This document shows positions 10,384 through 20,413 of a stretch of DNA of 55,286 nt, one piece after another. The notes below the pieces were generated by a model. It had not been told where the DNA came from. It did no database searches and saw only the letters and a list, made by a program, of their open reading frames with translations. Position numbers and translations under genes: made by a program. Source of the stretch: a virus (Duplodnaviria > Caudoviricetes); the IMG/VR virus record IMGVR_UViG_3300013099_000024, positions 1 through 55,286 of that record; one strand, written 5' to 3'. Each line of letters starts with the position of its first letter. Within the stretch, counting starts at the first letter, position 1.

Positions 10384-10570
10384 ATTCCGCGTTGCTATCG
10401 GCGTTCTCGCGACACGCACGGGCAAGCGACCCAGTGAACTTTTCGAGTGGAATGATCCAGAGGACTGGATGGAGAGACTAATGTTTGATATATATGTCAT
10501 CGAAGCACTACTACAGGAGGAGGCGAGGCAATGGCGGAAGGTAGGATCAGGTTTATCTTCGAGGCGATAG
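10379..10570 (+). CDS. Frameshift extension of tail chaperone (gpGT-like), +1 frame
   Basis: Open +1 frame HEFRVAIGVLATRTGKRPSELFEW..MERLMFD fills the gap to the tape measure gene; no obvious own start. Confidence 0.6.
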   Translation, partial: HEFRVAIGVLATRTGKRPSELFEWNDPEDWMERLMFDIYVIEALLQEEARQWRKVGSGLSSRR

Positions 10571-12267
10571 ATAAGTCGGCTGCTGTCATACGTAACATAC
10601 AGCGGAGACTGATGTCCCTTAGACAGCCGATGCCAGAGTTAACGCCGTTAGCGAGATTTGGTTTTAAAGAATTAGAGCGCATGTACAATCGACATTATAA
10701 GCGATGGGAACGTTTGAATGAGAAAGCTACCAGACAATCTGTTCGTACACGTGATCTGTTGGAGACTCAAATGGCAGCTATATCACAAGCATTGCAGAAC
10801 ATGGAAGAAGTCGGTTTGACTGCTGCAGGCTACTTCTTTGAGAGATGGGATGCATATAGTAGGCGATATAGGGTCTCTACAACAGAAAGGATTGCTAGAC
10901 CGTTGAGAAGATTGTCGAGGTCATTTGCACCATTATGGTCGGCAATGTCTGCGTTTGCTGCTAATGCTGATAAGTACATGAATCGTGCAGCATGGAACTT
11001 TACATGGGCAACACTGTCGATGATGGGTGTACTGTGGAACTTCCAGTGGATGTTGTCGACATTTATTGATCCGTTGAAGCAAACGTCACAGGGATTGATG
11101 AATTTTTCAGATGCAGCATTTGAGGTCGCAACCTGGTTAGCATATGCATCAGCGATGGGAATGGATTTCGCAGAGAAACTGGGTGGTACAGACGTAGCAG
11201 TTAGGGATGTTGTCGAAGCAGGAATGTTTCTACAGGCTACGTTGGCAGGTATTAGTGCAATGCTAATGGTAGCACTGGCAAGAGCACTAAAAGTACCTGG
11301 TGTAATGGATGCGATTGAAGATGCGATTGAAGCATGGATAGATGTGCTGACAGATCCAGAAATTATCAGGGCGATTGCAGATATCATTAAGGGTATGGCT
11401 GAGATGGCTGTCGTGATAATACCACAAATAAGGGACTCTCTACCATTAATCAAAATGTTAATTCAAAAATTCCTGGATGCCATACCCACGCTGTTATGGA
11501 TCTTGAGTATCATAACTGGAATGACTCCTGGTTTGAAAAATTTATCCAAACACATTTCAACCATTAACAATACGATAAGCACAGCTCAATCAACATGGGA
11601 ACAACTAGGGATGACACTAGGCTTTTTGAAGGTCGGCTTCATTCTACTACAACCTGCTATGTTACCACTTATGTTCATATTCTCTATGCTAACGGCAGTA
11701 ATAGTTCAGGTTATGATATGGGCAAGAGCACTAAAAGGTGTATGGAGTTTGCTGAGTGGAGTTGCAGGCAGATTAGGTATGTCAGTATCGCAACTGCTAG
11801 GACGTTTGCTAGGTCTTGCCGGTGGAATCTTCTTTGTGGTAACGGCTATTAGTGATATGATTCAACATGGAATAACGTTGCAAAATGTCATCACTGCACT
11901 GATCGGTGTAGGTTGGATTTTAGCTTCCATCTTCGGAGGACCGGTTGCTTGGGCAATAATGGCTGTAGTTACTGCCGTTAAACTTGTCATTGATTACTTC
12001 GGGTGGTGGGATGAGATTACTCAAGCTCTACAATCCACGTTCCAAGGATTCCTGGAGGTTTTACAGTCGGTCTATGATTGGATTAGTAAGTTAATAGGTC
12101 CGTTGTATTCGGTAGCGTCGCTATTTGGGCTTGGAGGTGGAGGACCGACAACAATGACAATATATCAGACTGTAAGCATTGGAACTATACGCGAGACGGC
12201 TGACAAGGATGAAGTCATCCGAGGGTTAGCACGTGAATCGTATAAAGCATTGTGGGGTGGTTACTGA
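10531..12267 (+). CDS. Tape measure protein
   Basis: IRFIFEAIDKS N-terminus; long helical/hydrophobic protein. Confidence 0.8.
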   Translation: MAEGRIRFIFEAIDKSAAVIRNIQRRLMSLRQPMPELTPLARFGFKELERMYNRHYKRWERLNEKATRQSVRTRDLLETQMAAISQALQNMEEVGLTAAGYFFERWDAYSRRYRVSTTERIARPLRRLSRSFAPLWSAMSAFAANADKYMNRAAWNFTWATLSMMGVLWNFQWMLSTFIDPLKQTSQGLMNFSDAAFEVATWLAYASAMGMDFAEKLGGTDVAVRDVVEAGMFLQATLAGISAMLMVALARALKVPGVMDAIEDAIEAWIDVLTDPEIIRAIADIIKGMAEMAVVIIPQIRDSLPLIKMLIQKFLDAIPTLLWILSIITGMTPGLKNLSKHISTINNTISTAQSTWEQLGMTLGFLKVGFILLQPAMLPLMFIFSMLTAVIVQVMIWARALKGVWSLLSGVAGRLGMSVSQLLGRLLGLAGGIFFVVTAISDMIQHGITLQNVITALIGVGWILASIFGGPVAWAIMAVVTAVKLVIDYFGWWDEITQALQSTFQGFLEVLQSVYDWISKLIGPLYSVASLFGLGGGGPTTMTIYQTVSIGTIRETADKDEVIRGLARESYKALWGGY

Positions 12268-12620
12268 TGGCAATCACGATTACGGATAGGACGAATACGT
12301 TGACGTTGAAGGTGAAGAGGATAATGGTCGAAGAACGTTGGAGACAGAAGAATATTCCGTTGGTGAACAAGGATCCAATGATCATTGATTTAGGTAGAGA
12401 GGAAAAATCGGTGGAAATCGAAGCTGTTGTATTCTCGTCGTCTGATCTACAAACGTTCTATGCGTTAAAAAATCCGGTACAAGTGACCGATTCCACGTAT
12501 CCTGAGATTGAAACAGGCTATTGGAGGCTATACGAGAGGCGTAGCGATCGTCGTCCCGGATGGGTATCGGCGTGGGTAATACGGTTTCGAATGAGACGTG
12601 ACTACTATCATACGGGGTGA
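12267..12620 (+). CDS. Distal tail protein-like
   Basis: Follows tape measure; PMIIDLGR motif; likely start MAITIT. Confidence 0.5.
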   Translation: MAITITDRTNTLTLKVKRIMVEERWRQKNIPLVNKDPMIIDLGREEKSVEIEAVVFSSSDLQTFYALKNPVQVTDSTYPEIETGYWRLYERRSDRRPGWVSAWVIRFRMRRDYYHTG

Positions 12621-12626
12621 TTGGTG

Positions 12627-15152
12627 ATGACGTGGAAGGTACAGAAGTGGGATGGATCGTCGTGGGTGGATGTTGCTTTTTCGGATTTGAGTGTCAGCAA
12701 ATCATTGGACGAGTTAGATTCAGCAACAATTACGATGCCTAAGACGGAAAATGTAGCGCGGGGTGATCTGATACGAATTACCTATGATACGACGACAGTA
12801 TTTGAGGGTTACGTACAAAGAATTGTTCGTCGTGTAGATGTCATGGAGGTTCAATGTCTTGAGAGGGCAGTTGAGTTACGCAAATCGATTGTCAATTATG
12901 GAGGATCATATACGCATACATGGGTTAATTTGACGGTAAACGATATCGTTGATCGTATACTGGACAGTACTTCATGGTCTCGTGGCAGTGATGATGCGAC
13001 TATTATTCCAGCAATCAGCTTGGAATATGTAGACAGACTGACAGCATTGTCGAAAGTCATCAAGGATATGCGAGGACTACACATGTGGTTCGAGGGAACG
13101 AAGGTCTATTTTGGTTCATCACGGACAGACCGCACGTCAACGATCATACGTTACCAGGAGATTGAGGATGATGAAGACGAGACCGAGATGTATGACAAGA
13201 TCATCGTCATTGGTGGAGGCAGTGTAAACAGGCACATAGTTGCGGAACGAGGTTCTGGAGACAAGGTTGGGATCTTTGAGTATCCAGATGCTGTTAGTCA
13301 GGAGGAACTGAATAAGATTGCGGATACGTTGTATGATTACTATTCGACGGAGCGTAAACGTGTGTCAGTTACGATGCCATTATGGCCAGAGGTGAATCCT
13401 GGAGATTTGGTGAACATTGATGGTACTACATACATCGTGTATGATGCACAGCATGATTTGGCGACGACGAGAATATCGGCAGGATATTATTCGCCGTCGT
13501 TGGGTAGGATCTTAAGGCAGTTGCGTAAGGTTCAGCAGGCAGTAGGTCGTGTGACGCAGGGCGTAGTAGAAACGTTTGAGATTCCACTTGGCTATCAGCA
13601 TGTAGGGTCGGGGTCGCCGGCGAGATGGAACATTTCGGTTCAGGATAAGGTGTTGTCGGCGAAGTTGAGATTGAAGTTGACGAAGTGGAAGAAGTTGACA
13701 GACATTCAGAATGCTACGACAGGTGTTTCTGTGAACAGTGGTTCTGCGAATATACAGTCGAATACGACGGGAGTGTCTATCGGGACAGGACATGCGAATA
13801 TAGAGTCATCTACTACAGGCATAACGGTTAGTTCAGGGAAGGCCAACATTGAATCGTCGACTACAGGAATAACCATTAGCTCTGGACAAGCCAACATAGG
13901 TTCTTCGACAACTGGCATTACAATTGGATCTGGTCAAGCTAACATAGGATCATCTGCTACAGGAATCACCATAGATTCGGGTGAAGCTGAAATTCAATCA
14001 AATACAACAGGAATCACATTGATGAAAGGTTATGCTGACATAGATAAGGCTTCTACCGGAATCTCAACAGCCTTTGGAGAGGCCGACATATCGAGAGAGT
14101 ACACGGGTGCTTCCATAATGGCAGGAGGTGAGTCAGGAATTGTAGTTGACTACGTGGATATTGAACCGTGGGAAGATTTACCATACGACCATAATTGGAC
14201 TTTCTATGGACCTGACGGATATTCGTTTGTAATTTGCGTGGTTAATCTGTTAATACATGCGCCCAGTGATAGCGGAACTGATGGAATGTGCTATCTCTAC
14301 TGGTGGAACGGATGGGAAGGTGAATGGGAAGAGAAGGATCGTCATAGGTATGTCATCAGGACGTCGGATGAATACGCACATGTAACACTGGTGGGAGTTG
14401 CACGCGGTTATAGTGGAGATACTGCAGATTGGAGGGTGAGGATTACAGAGTCGAATGGTGGTGAATTGAGGTGGCTACACATTAGGTGCTTCTTTGTAGA
14501 GCTTCATGAACATAGTTTGGATGAAGGTTCGGGACATACACACTATGACAGTGGGCATAGTCATGGCATTAATGATCCAGAGCATGATCATGATGATTTA
14601 GGTCATAGTCATGGGGTAGATGATCCTAAGCATGATCATATTGATTCAGGACACAGTCATGGATTGTCTGATCCGCAGCATTCACATACAGATAGCGGAC
14701 ATGACCATGGAGTTTCAGATCCAGGACATGGGCACTCGGATAGCGGTCATAGTCATGGGACGAACGATCCTGGGCATGGACATGAAGACAGTGGTCATGA
14801 GCACGGGGTTTCGGATCCTGGTCATGGGCATTCAGATAGTGGTCATGAACATAGTTTGAGTGATCCTGGACACAATCACACGGATTCAGGTCATGGACAT
14901 GGAATTACGGATCCTGGACATGCACATGGGATAGACAATGATGCTACAGAGTTGTCATTGTATCCATCGAATGTCAATGTAGTTTTCAATGGGTCGACCA
15001 TCGCAGGTCCATATTCGGGAGGGGCAGAAACGACGATTGAGATTGACATTACGGATTACCTTACTGAGGGTAATCATGTTTTGGAAATTACTTCTGATAC
15101 TGCAGGCGGTATTGAGGGTTCGTTAGTAGTTGAGAAATTCGTTAGGAGGTGA
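12627..15152 (+). CDS. Tail hub fused to HxH-repeat needle/central fibre
   Basis: Hub-like N-terminus; nine 16-aa TTGI repeats; 18 HxH motifs. Confidence 0.7.
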   Translation: MTWKVQKWDGSSWVDVAFSDLSVSKSLDELDSATITMPKTENVARGDLIRITYDTTTVFEGYVQRIVRRVDVMEVQCLERAVELRKSIVNYGGSYTHTWVNLTVNDIVDRILDSTSWSRGSDDATIIPAISLEYVDRLTALSKVIKDMRGLHMWFEGTKVYFGSSRTDRTSTIIRYQEIEDDEDETEMYDKIIVIGGGSVNRHIVAERGSGDKVGIFEYPDAVSQEELNKIADTLYDYYSTERKRVSVTMPLWPEVNPGDLVNIDGTTYIVYDAQHDLATTRISAGYYSPSLGRILRQLRKVQQAVGRVTQGVVETFEIPLGYQHVGSGSPARWNISVQDKVLSAKLRLKLTKWKKLTDIQNATTGVSVNSGSANIQSNTTGVSIGTGHANIESSTTGITVSSGKANIESSTTGITISSGQANIGSSTTGITIGSGQANIGSSATGITIDSGEAEIQSNTTGITLMKGYADIDKASTGISTAFGEADISREYTGASIMAGGESGIVVDYVDIEPWEDLPYDHNWTFYGPDGYSFVICVVNLLIHAPSDSGTDGMCYLYWWNGWEGEWEEKDRHRYVIRTSDEYAHVTLVGVARGYSGDTADWRVRITESNGGELRWLHIRCFFVELHEHSLDEGSGHTHYDSGHSHGINDPEHDHDDLGHSHGVDDPKHDHIDSGHSHGLSDPQHSHTDSGHDHGVSDPGHGHSDSGHSHGTNDPGHGHEDSGHEHGVSDPGHGHSDSGHEHSLSDPGHNHTDSGHGHGITDPGHAHGIDNDATELSLYPSNVNVVFNGSTIAGPYSGGAETTIEIDITDYLTEGNHVLEITSDTAGGIEGSLVVEKFVRR

Positions 15153-15158
15153 TAGAGA

Positions 15159-15392
15159 GTGGCAGAAGTGGTAGATGTAGAGAAGATTCCAGGTGGATAT
15201 ACGTTGGTGGTGAAGACCAAGTGTGGAGAGGAAATTAGAGTGAATTTCAATCGGAAGCATTTCGAGAAGTTGACTGATGAAGAGCTGGAGAGAATCTTGC
15301 GCGAAGTCGACGAACACTATTGTGCTGAAGATGAAGAACCTGAGCATATTAGGACGAAAATTGCGGCAATTAAGGGACGGAAAGTTGAGTAG
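15159..15392 (+). CDS. Hypothetical protein
   Basis: ORF with GGAGGTGA RBS. Confidence 0.6.
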   Translation: MAEVVDVEKIPGGYTLVVKTKCGEEIRVNFNRKHFEKLTDEELERILREVDEHYCAEDEEPEHIRTKIAAIKGRKVE

Positions 15393-15426
15393 TGGCAATA
15401 TGAAGTTATTTAGGAGGTGATGGAGA

Positions 15427-15945
15427 ATGGTGAATGGTCTGGAGAAGTTGGGTGTTACAGATAGCTTGGAAGTACTACACATCAGGAATGGTAAAGTGAT
15501 CGACAGGAGAGAAACACTAGGACATTCGAAGTTGGCAATATGGTTCTCGAAGTTGCTCGCAAAACTGGGAATCAAGAGATACACGATTGATTTGATCACG
15601 AATGCGGGCAAGGCTGCTATCGCCGAGATGATTGGAGGGAGATTTACCTACGTTGCTATTGGAACAGATGATGGTTCGACGCTTGCACTTGATGCCTCGA
15701 ATACGGCGTTAGGTAATGAGGTAGCTAGACAAGCAGGAACAGTGTCTTATGAGACGACGAATGTAACTAATGATACAGTACACATTGAAGCTACGTTTAC
15801 CTTCGACTCCGATACTACTGTACAAGAATCCGGAGTATTTGATGCAGATACCGGAGGTACGATGATATGTAGGCAGACGTTTCCAGCACTCAACATGCAG
15901 GCAGGAGACCAGTTGGTGATGATTTGGAAGATTACAGTACAGTAA
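15427..15945 (+). CDS. Tail fibre/baseplate-associated protein
   Basis: ITNAGK..YVAIGT..TALGNEVAR..ESGVFDA.TGGTM pattern of fibre N-terminal domains. Confidence 0.65.
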   Translation: MVNGLEKLGVTDSLEVLHIRNGKVIDRRETLGHSKLAIWFSKLLAKLGIKRYTIDLITNAGKAAIAEMIGGRFTYVAIGTDDGSTLALDASNTALGNEVARQAGTVSYETTNVTNDTVHIEATFTFDSDTTVQESGVFDADTGGTMICRQTFPALNMQAGDQLVMIWKITVQ

Positions 15946-15970
15946 CGGTATCGACAGTCAGCGGTGATTA

Positions 15971-16285
15971 GTGATGACCAGAGGTGACGCAGTAGTCGGA
16001 TTTCAGAAGGATGTTGCGTCAGGAGGTACAGTAGACATTCGACCTTCTGCTGATGAGGAGTGGACAATTCATAACATCTACGTTGGTGGTGCTGCATCAT
16101 TGATCAGGGTGTATGATGATGGTACTACGCAGTACGAAATACCCATTGATTCAGTTAGTAGTGCGGGAGGATGGTTGAACTATGTGTTTCATGTGACTAA
16201 TTCTCATTTTTTGCGTGTGAAGAATGATGATTCGTCATCCATACATGTAGCTTGGGATGGTGTAGTGACAGGACCCAATGTGTGA
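15971..16285 (+). CDS. Putative virion protein
   Basis: Beta-rich ORF in tail module. Confidence 0.5.
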   Translation: MMTRGDAVVGFQKDVASGGTVDIRPSADEEWTIHNIYVGGAASLIRVYDDGTTQYEIPIDSVSSAGGWLNYVFHVTNSHFLRVKNDDSSSIHVAWDGVVTGPNV

Positions 16286-16293
16286 GGTGATGA

Positions 16294-16629
16294 TTGATGA
16301 AGGTTGAAAGTAAGGAAGTTACTACTGCAACTGTTAAGGATGTGATTGCAGCAGTACAGCCTTATTTGGAGCAGCTGAGGACAGATGTTGGTGCTAAGTA
16401 TCCATTGACGGAGATTAGGGTGAATGTTAAGGAAGGGAGAGTGTTTGTTGTTTGGGAAGACTACAGTGAGGAGGAACAAAGGACGAATGCGTTGATTGAT
16501 GAGTATCTCCAGTTGAAGAGTCAGTTGACTGATCCGGTGAAACAGCCGAGTTTGATGGCGAGAATGATTGAGATTGCGAATGAATTCAAGCAGTTGACGG
16601 GATTGAATATCGAGGAGGTGGTCGGATAA
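16294..16629 (+). CDS. Hypothetical protein
   Basis: ORF with GAGGTGA RBS. Confidence 0.55.
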   Translation: MMKVESKEVTTATVKDVIAAVQPYLEQLRTDVGAKYPLTEIRVNVKEGRVFVVWEDYSEEEQRTNALIDEYLQLKSQLTDPVKQPSLMARMIEIANEFKQLTGLNIEEVVG

Positions 16630-16745
16630 TGGCGTTGATTGATGATGTGAAGTCGTTGAAGGAACAGGGAATGACCGTAGCTCAGATTGCGGAGCAGTTG
16701 GGTATACCGTATTTTTTGGCAAGAGTTTTGTATAACAGAGTATGA
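16629..16745 (+). CDS. 38-aa HTH-like microprotein (not in ORF track)
   Basis: MALIDDVKSLKEQGMTVAQIAEQLGIPYFLARVLYNRV; start and stop overlap both neighbours. Confidence 0.55.
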   Translation: MALIDDVKSLKEQGMTVAQIAEQLGIPYFLARVLYNRV

Positions 16746-17812
16746 CGGTCGTCGTAGGGCGTAGATGGACGACGTGGAAGAAGGACAATTATAGGCTTTA
16801 TGTTTGGGTGCCTGAGGGTAAGCAGTATGTGGAAGTGTACTCTTTTGGTTATGATGGTTTCGACAATAACGGTGGTGGAGCGTGGGAGAAATACATCAAT
16901 ATTCCAATTACGACGACACCCAGCGAGTACGCACAGTATCAGGTAGTCATTGATGCTACAAATGTTACAGTTCACTCGGCTGATGGAACACAGAAAGCTC
17001 AGGGTGCTGTTGCAAGTGATTTCTGGGCAAATGTAAAGTCGGATGGTTTGGATGTCAGGGTGTTTGATCAGGCTAAGGGGCAGTTGTATTTCTGGATTGA
17101 AGAGTTTGATTACAGCAATAAGAAAGCGGTGATTTGGGTTAACTTAACTGCTGGTTCAAGCGAGTTAAACATCGCTTATGGGAATCCGAGTGCGACTAAA
17201 TCAAGCTACGAAAATGGAGAGCAGGTTTTCGAGTTCTTTGACGATTTCGAAGGTAGTGAGTTAAATACAGCGAAATGGGATACAGCAGATTTATACGACA
17301 ATGCGGATATAAATGTCAGTAACGGAATTCTAACTTATTACAGAGGAGACACTACACTTAGCAGTATTAAAACTCTAAAAACATTTGCTCCAAACACAGT
17401 TCTGTATGCTAAAGTTTATTATGACACAAGCTATAATTATCCTGCAGAGTTTGGCTTCGCAGACTCACAAAAAACAGTGCCTGACAATTCGGCGGCAGTA
17501 GTTAGAACAACGGAGGACACATATGGTGCATACGCTTCGTCTGGAGGGACATATAGTGTATCGGAAGGATTGTCGTTGGATACTGGATGGACGAAATATA
17601 TGCTCAAATGGACAGATAGCGAGGTTGCCATGACTGATGGTGTTAATACACGAAGTGTTACAAGCAATATACCGACGTTCGAGCTACCATTGCGTTTAGG
17701 GAATTTCCTAGGCGGTGGAACGGGGAATGTTTACTTGCAATACGACTACATTTATGTTGCTAAGCTCGCCGACCCTGCCGACTTCGGAACTTCAACTATT
17801 CGTACGTTCTAA
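16742..17812 (+). CDS. DUF2341-domain adhesin / receptor-binding protein
   Basis: DGLDVRVFD..LYFWIE..AVIWV..YGNP..VFEFFDDFEG then a lectin-like beta domain. Confidence 0.75.
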   Translation: MTVVVGRRWTTWKKDNYRLYVWVPEGKQYVEVYSFGYDGFDNNGGGAWEKYINIPITTTPSEYAQYQVVIDATNVTVHSADGTQKAQGAVASDFWANVKSDGLDVRVFDQAKGQLYFWIEEFDYSNKKAVIWVNLTAGSSELNIAYGNPSATKSSYENGEQVFEFFDDFEGSELNTAKWDTADLYDNADINVSNGILTYYRGDTTLSSIKTLKTFAPNTVLYAKVYYDTSYNYPAEFGFADSQKTVPDNSAAVVRTTEDTYGAYASSGGTYSVSEGLSLDTGWTKYMLKWTDSEVAMTDGVNTRSVTSNIPTFELPLRLGNFLGGGTGNVYLQYDYIYVAKLADPADFGTSTIRTF

Positions 17813-17821
17813 GGTGATATT

Positions 17822-19438
17822 ATGCCTAACGATGAATATGGCTACTATGTAGGTCAATACACCGATGAATTTGGATATGCTGCAATCAATGGACTAAATG
17901 AGTTTGGTTTCTACTCTGGGGTATTGCAGAAAATCCTCGGTGAACAGCTGATTGTTAGTGATACCATGTTACGATCGGCATCATCATCATACACTGAACT
18001 TCTCACTTTTTCCGATACTCCCATGCGTAATGTACAACGTGCATCTATTGATACACTCTCATTTGTTGACAACTATACTCGTCAGCCTATCGGTCTTTAC
18101 GCCGATACTATCATTCTGTCTGAACTGTTATCGCGGATCGGCTCACATCTAGTGACTGAATCTCCTACCGTCACGGATACCACAACACGGAATGCTGCGC
18201 GAACTTTTAGTGACTTCTTTACAGTCGACGACATCGCAGCCAAGATGTCCACGTGCATGCAGACTGATATGATTACCATTCAGGACAGCTTCTGGCGTTC
18301 TGGTAAGCATGTCATAGAGCAGATAGTTAGCATTGTTGATTCGACCGCTAGGACAATGGCGAGAATGTTTAGCGAGTTTGTCACAACAATCGATACAAAA
18401 ATCCGAAATGTTACATCAACGTTGGTTGAAGTGATAGGACTTTCTGACGTAAATATACGTGGCAAACTTGTGTCACTAGCAGAAGCAATCAACATAACTG
18501 ATGCATTACGACATGCTGCTACAGTTGTACGTTCGGAGGTAGCGGATGTTGTAGATACAACAATGCGTCGTGGATTACATTGGTTACAGGAAATGCTATC
18601 GATTGCAGATGCTCGCATAGTAGCACGAGTATTGCAAGATGGCGTGACGTTAACGGATGTATTGTTCAGACAGTCATGGATACGGCTGGTGGAGATGATG
18701 AGAACAATAGATCAGCAGCTAAGCAGAGCGTATGCTGCACTGAAAGATGCGTTGAGGACAGATGACGAATCATTGAAGATTGCCGAATACAGCAGGAAGG
18801 AATCGGTTATGTTTGTCGATCGTGGTCAGCGTGATATAACAACGAGTAAGGTGGATGTTGTACAGGTTGTGGATGTACGTTCAACAGGAGCCTATAGAAT
18901 GGTTGATGAAAGGGTTGGTGTAGTAGATGTACTGAGAGAGTTTGTGGGAAGGTTGACAGCGGAATTGTTAGGTATTGTGGAAGCCGTTGCCAAGCGATTG
19001 AGCATGATACGTGAGGAGACGACGTTGCCTACGGATGTGCGATATGCGAATGTAAAACGTAGTGTGAGCGAAGATGTAGGTGTTTCAGATTCATTGAGAC
19101 ATATCGTCGGAAAGTTATCCGTAGAGCTGTGCAAAATTGGTGACTTAACATCAAGATGGTTGAGGACAGTGTATGAAGAGATTATGATAATTGTTGAAAA
19201 ACGAGTTGCAAATGTTAAACGTAGGCTCAACGAGGTTACACGAGTGTTTGGAACTGTAGCATCGTTATTGGGACAGTATGTACGGTTAATGTTGGAGTCA
19301 TTGACTATTGAAGATAAACTAGATAAGGCAATGACAAGGTTAACGGACGAAACAATAGGTATAAAAGACACCATAACTCGACATGTTAAGTTAATCTACC
19401 GCTACATATACAGTCGGTTACGGAATTGGAGGGGATAG
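17822..19438 (+). CDS. 18-aa-repeat fibre-like protein
   Basis: Periodic (D/E)xhxhxDxxxR units along most of the length. Confidence 0.55.
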   Translation: MPNDEYGYYVGQYTDEFGYAAINGLNEFGFYSGVLQKILGEQLIVSDTMLRSASSSYTELLTFSDTPMRNVQRASIDTLSFVDNYTRQPIGLYADTIILSELLSRIGSHLVTESPTVTDTTTRNAARTFSDFFTVDDIAAKMSTCMQTDMITIQDSFWRSGKHVIEQIVSIVDSTARTMARMFSEFVTTIDTKIRNVTSTLVEVIGLSDVNIRGKLVSLAEAINITDALRHAATVVRSEVADVVDTTMRRGLHWLQEMLSIADARIVARVLQDGVTLTDVLFRQSWIRLVEMMRTIDQQLSRAYAALKDALRTDDESLKIAEYSRKESVMFVDRGQRDITTSKVDVVQVVDVRSTGAYRMVDERVGVVDVLREFVGRLTAELLGIVEAVAKRLSMIREETTLPTDVRYANVKRSVSEDVGVSDSLRHIVGKLSVELCKIGDLTSRWLRTVYEEIMIIVEKRVANVKRRLNEVTRVFGTVASLLGQYVRLMLESLTIEDKLDKAMTRLTDETIGIKDTITRHVKLIYRYIYSRLRNWRG

Positions 19439-19439
19439 T

Positions 19440-19739
19440 ATGTTGAAGATACGGAAGGGAACAACGGTGCAAGTACAAGTGGAAATTTTGTCAGATGATG
19501 ACCAGCCGGTGCCCTTAGTAGATGTGGCTCAAGTTGTGTTGAAACTTCTTGATCCAGAAACAAAAGAGGTTTTGCATATGGTTGACTGCCACGTAGTGGA
19601 TGAAGCACACGGTATCGTGGAATTTGATCCTGGAGTTATTCGAGAAGGAGTATATGAGAGGAAGTTCGAGATTACTTTCGTGGATGGTTCAGTATTGGTG
19701 ATACCGAATGCTAAACAAGAGTATGTGATGATTTGGTAA
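19440..19739 (+). CDS. BppU-N-like baseplate protein
   Basis: D..PVPL..V.L..DEAHGIVEF..GVYE..FEITF.DG..IP pattern. Confidence 0.55.
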   Translation: MLKIRKGTTVQVQVEILSDDDQPVPLVDVAQVVLKLLDPETKEVLHMVDCHVVDEAHGIVEFDPGVIREGVYERKFEITFVDGSVLVIPNAKQEYVMIW

Positions 19740-19771
19740 GATGCATACTACTTCAACAAGGAGGTGATGAT

Positions 19772-20143
19772 ATGGAGATGATAGTATGGACTTATTGTGC
19801 GGCTATAATTGGAATCCTTATATACTGTGGCATCGATCTATGGAGCGAACGTAAGCAGATCAGCAATATGATTGGAGCTCTACTGCTCATAGTGCTAGGT
19901 GTGACGTTCATTCTGATGGCTGCAGAACTGTGGATGCAAGTAGTGATTCAATATGTAGCGATAGGAGGGCAGCAGTATATTGCGATATTAACGGAGGATT
20001 TCAGTAAGATACTTGGAGCTATCGGCTTGGGAACGGCTGGTATGGCGATAATAACGGGTGGATTTGGTTTGATTTCGGGAGGTAAATATGAATTACGCGT
20101 AAGTAGTACTGAGCCTGTACAGGGTGTGGAGATTAAGCGTTAA
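19772..20143 (+). CDS. Membrane protein (3 TM), possible lysis factor
   Basis: Hydrophobic segments; GGAGGTGA RBS before ATG 19772. Confidence 0.55.
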   Translation: MEMIVWTYCAAIIGILIYCGIDLWSERKQISNMIGALLLIVLGVTFILMAAELWMQVVIQYVAIGGQQYIAILTEDFSKILGAIGLGTAGMAIITGGFGLISGGKYELRVSSTEPVQGVEIKR

Positions 20144-20150
20144 GTTTGGT

Positions 20151-20166
20151 CTATTTTTCTTTTCTT
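20151..20166 (+). terminator. Oligo-T terminator
   Basis: ctatttttcttttctt just after stop. Confidence 0.45.
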
Positions 20167-20167
20167 C

Positions 20168-20413
20168 ATGGAGGAGGAAATCATTTTCTGTAGGAGTGAT
20201 GGACATTACTATTTCTGTTTTGCGCGCTACAATCAATATGGTCGTATTATGATTGGTGAGCAAGTAGACGAGGACAATATTGACATGGTGTACTTTGATT
20301 TAAATCCAATGGATCTCATTGCGTTGGGAGTGTTGATGATAGAAATTGGGAAGGAGATTGTGAGAGATAGGAGGTTATTGGTAAGGGAGGTTGATAGCAG
20401 AGAGGTGATCTGA
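20168..20413 (+). CDS. Hypothetical protein
   Basis: ORF coupled to next gene. Confidence 0.5.
   Translation: MEEEIIFCRSDGHYYFCFARYNQYGRIMIGEQVDEDNIDMVYFDLNPMDLIALGVLMIEIGKEIVRDRRLLVREVDSREVI

Noticed and set aside
12627-19438. Diversity-generating retroelement or invertible tail-fibre cassette
   Set aside because: No reverse transcriptase, recombinase or TR/VR pair seen
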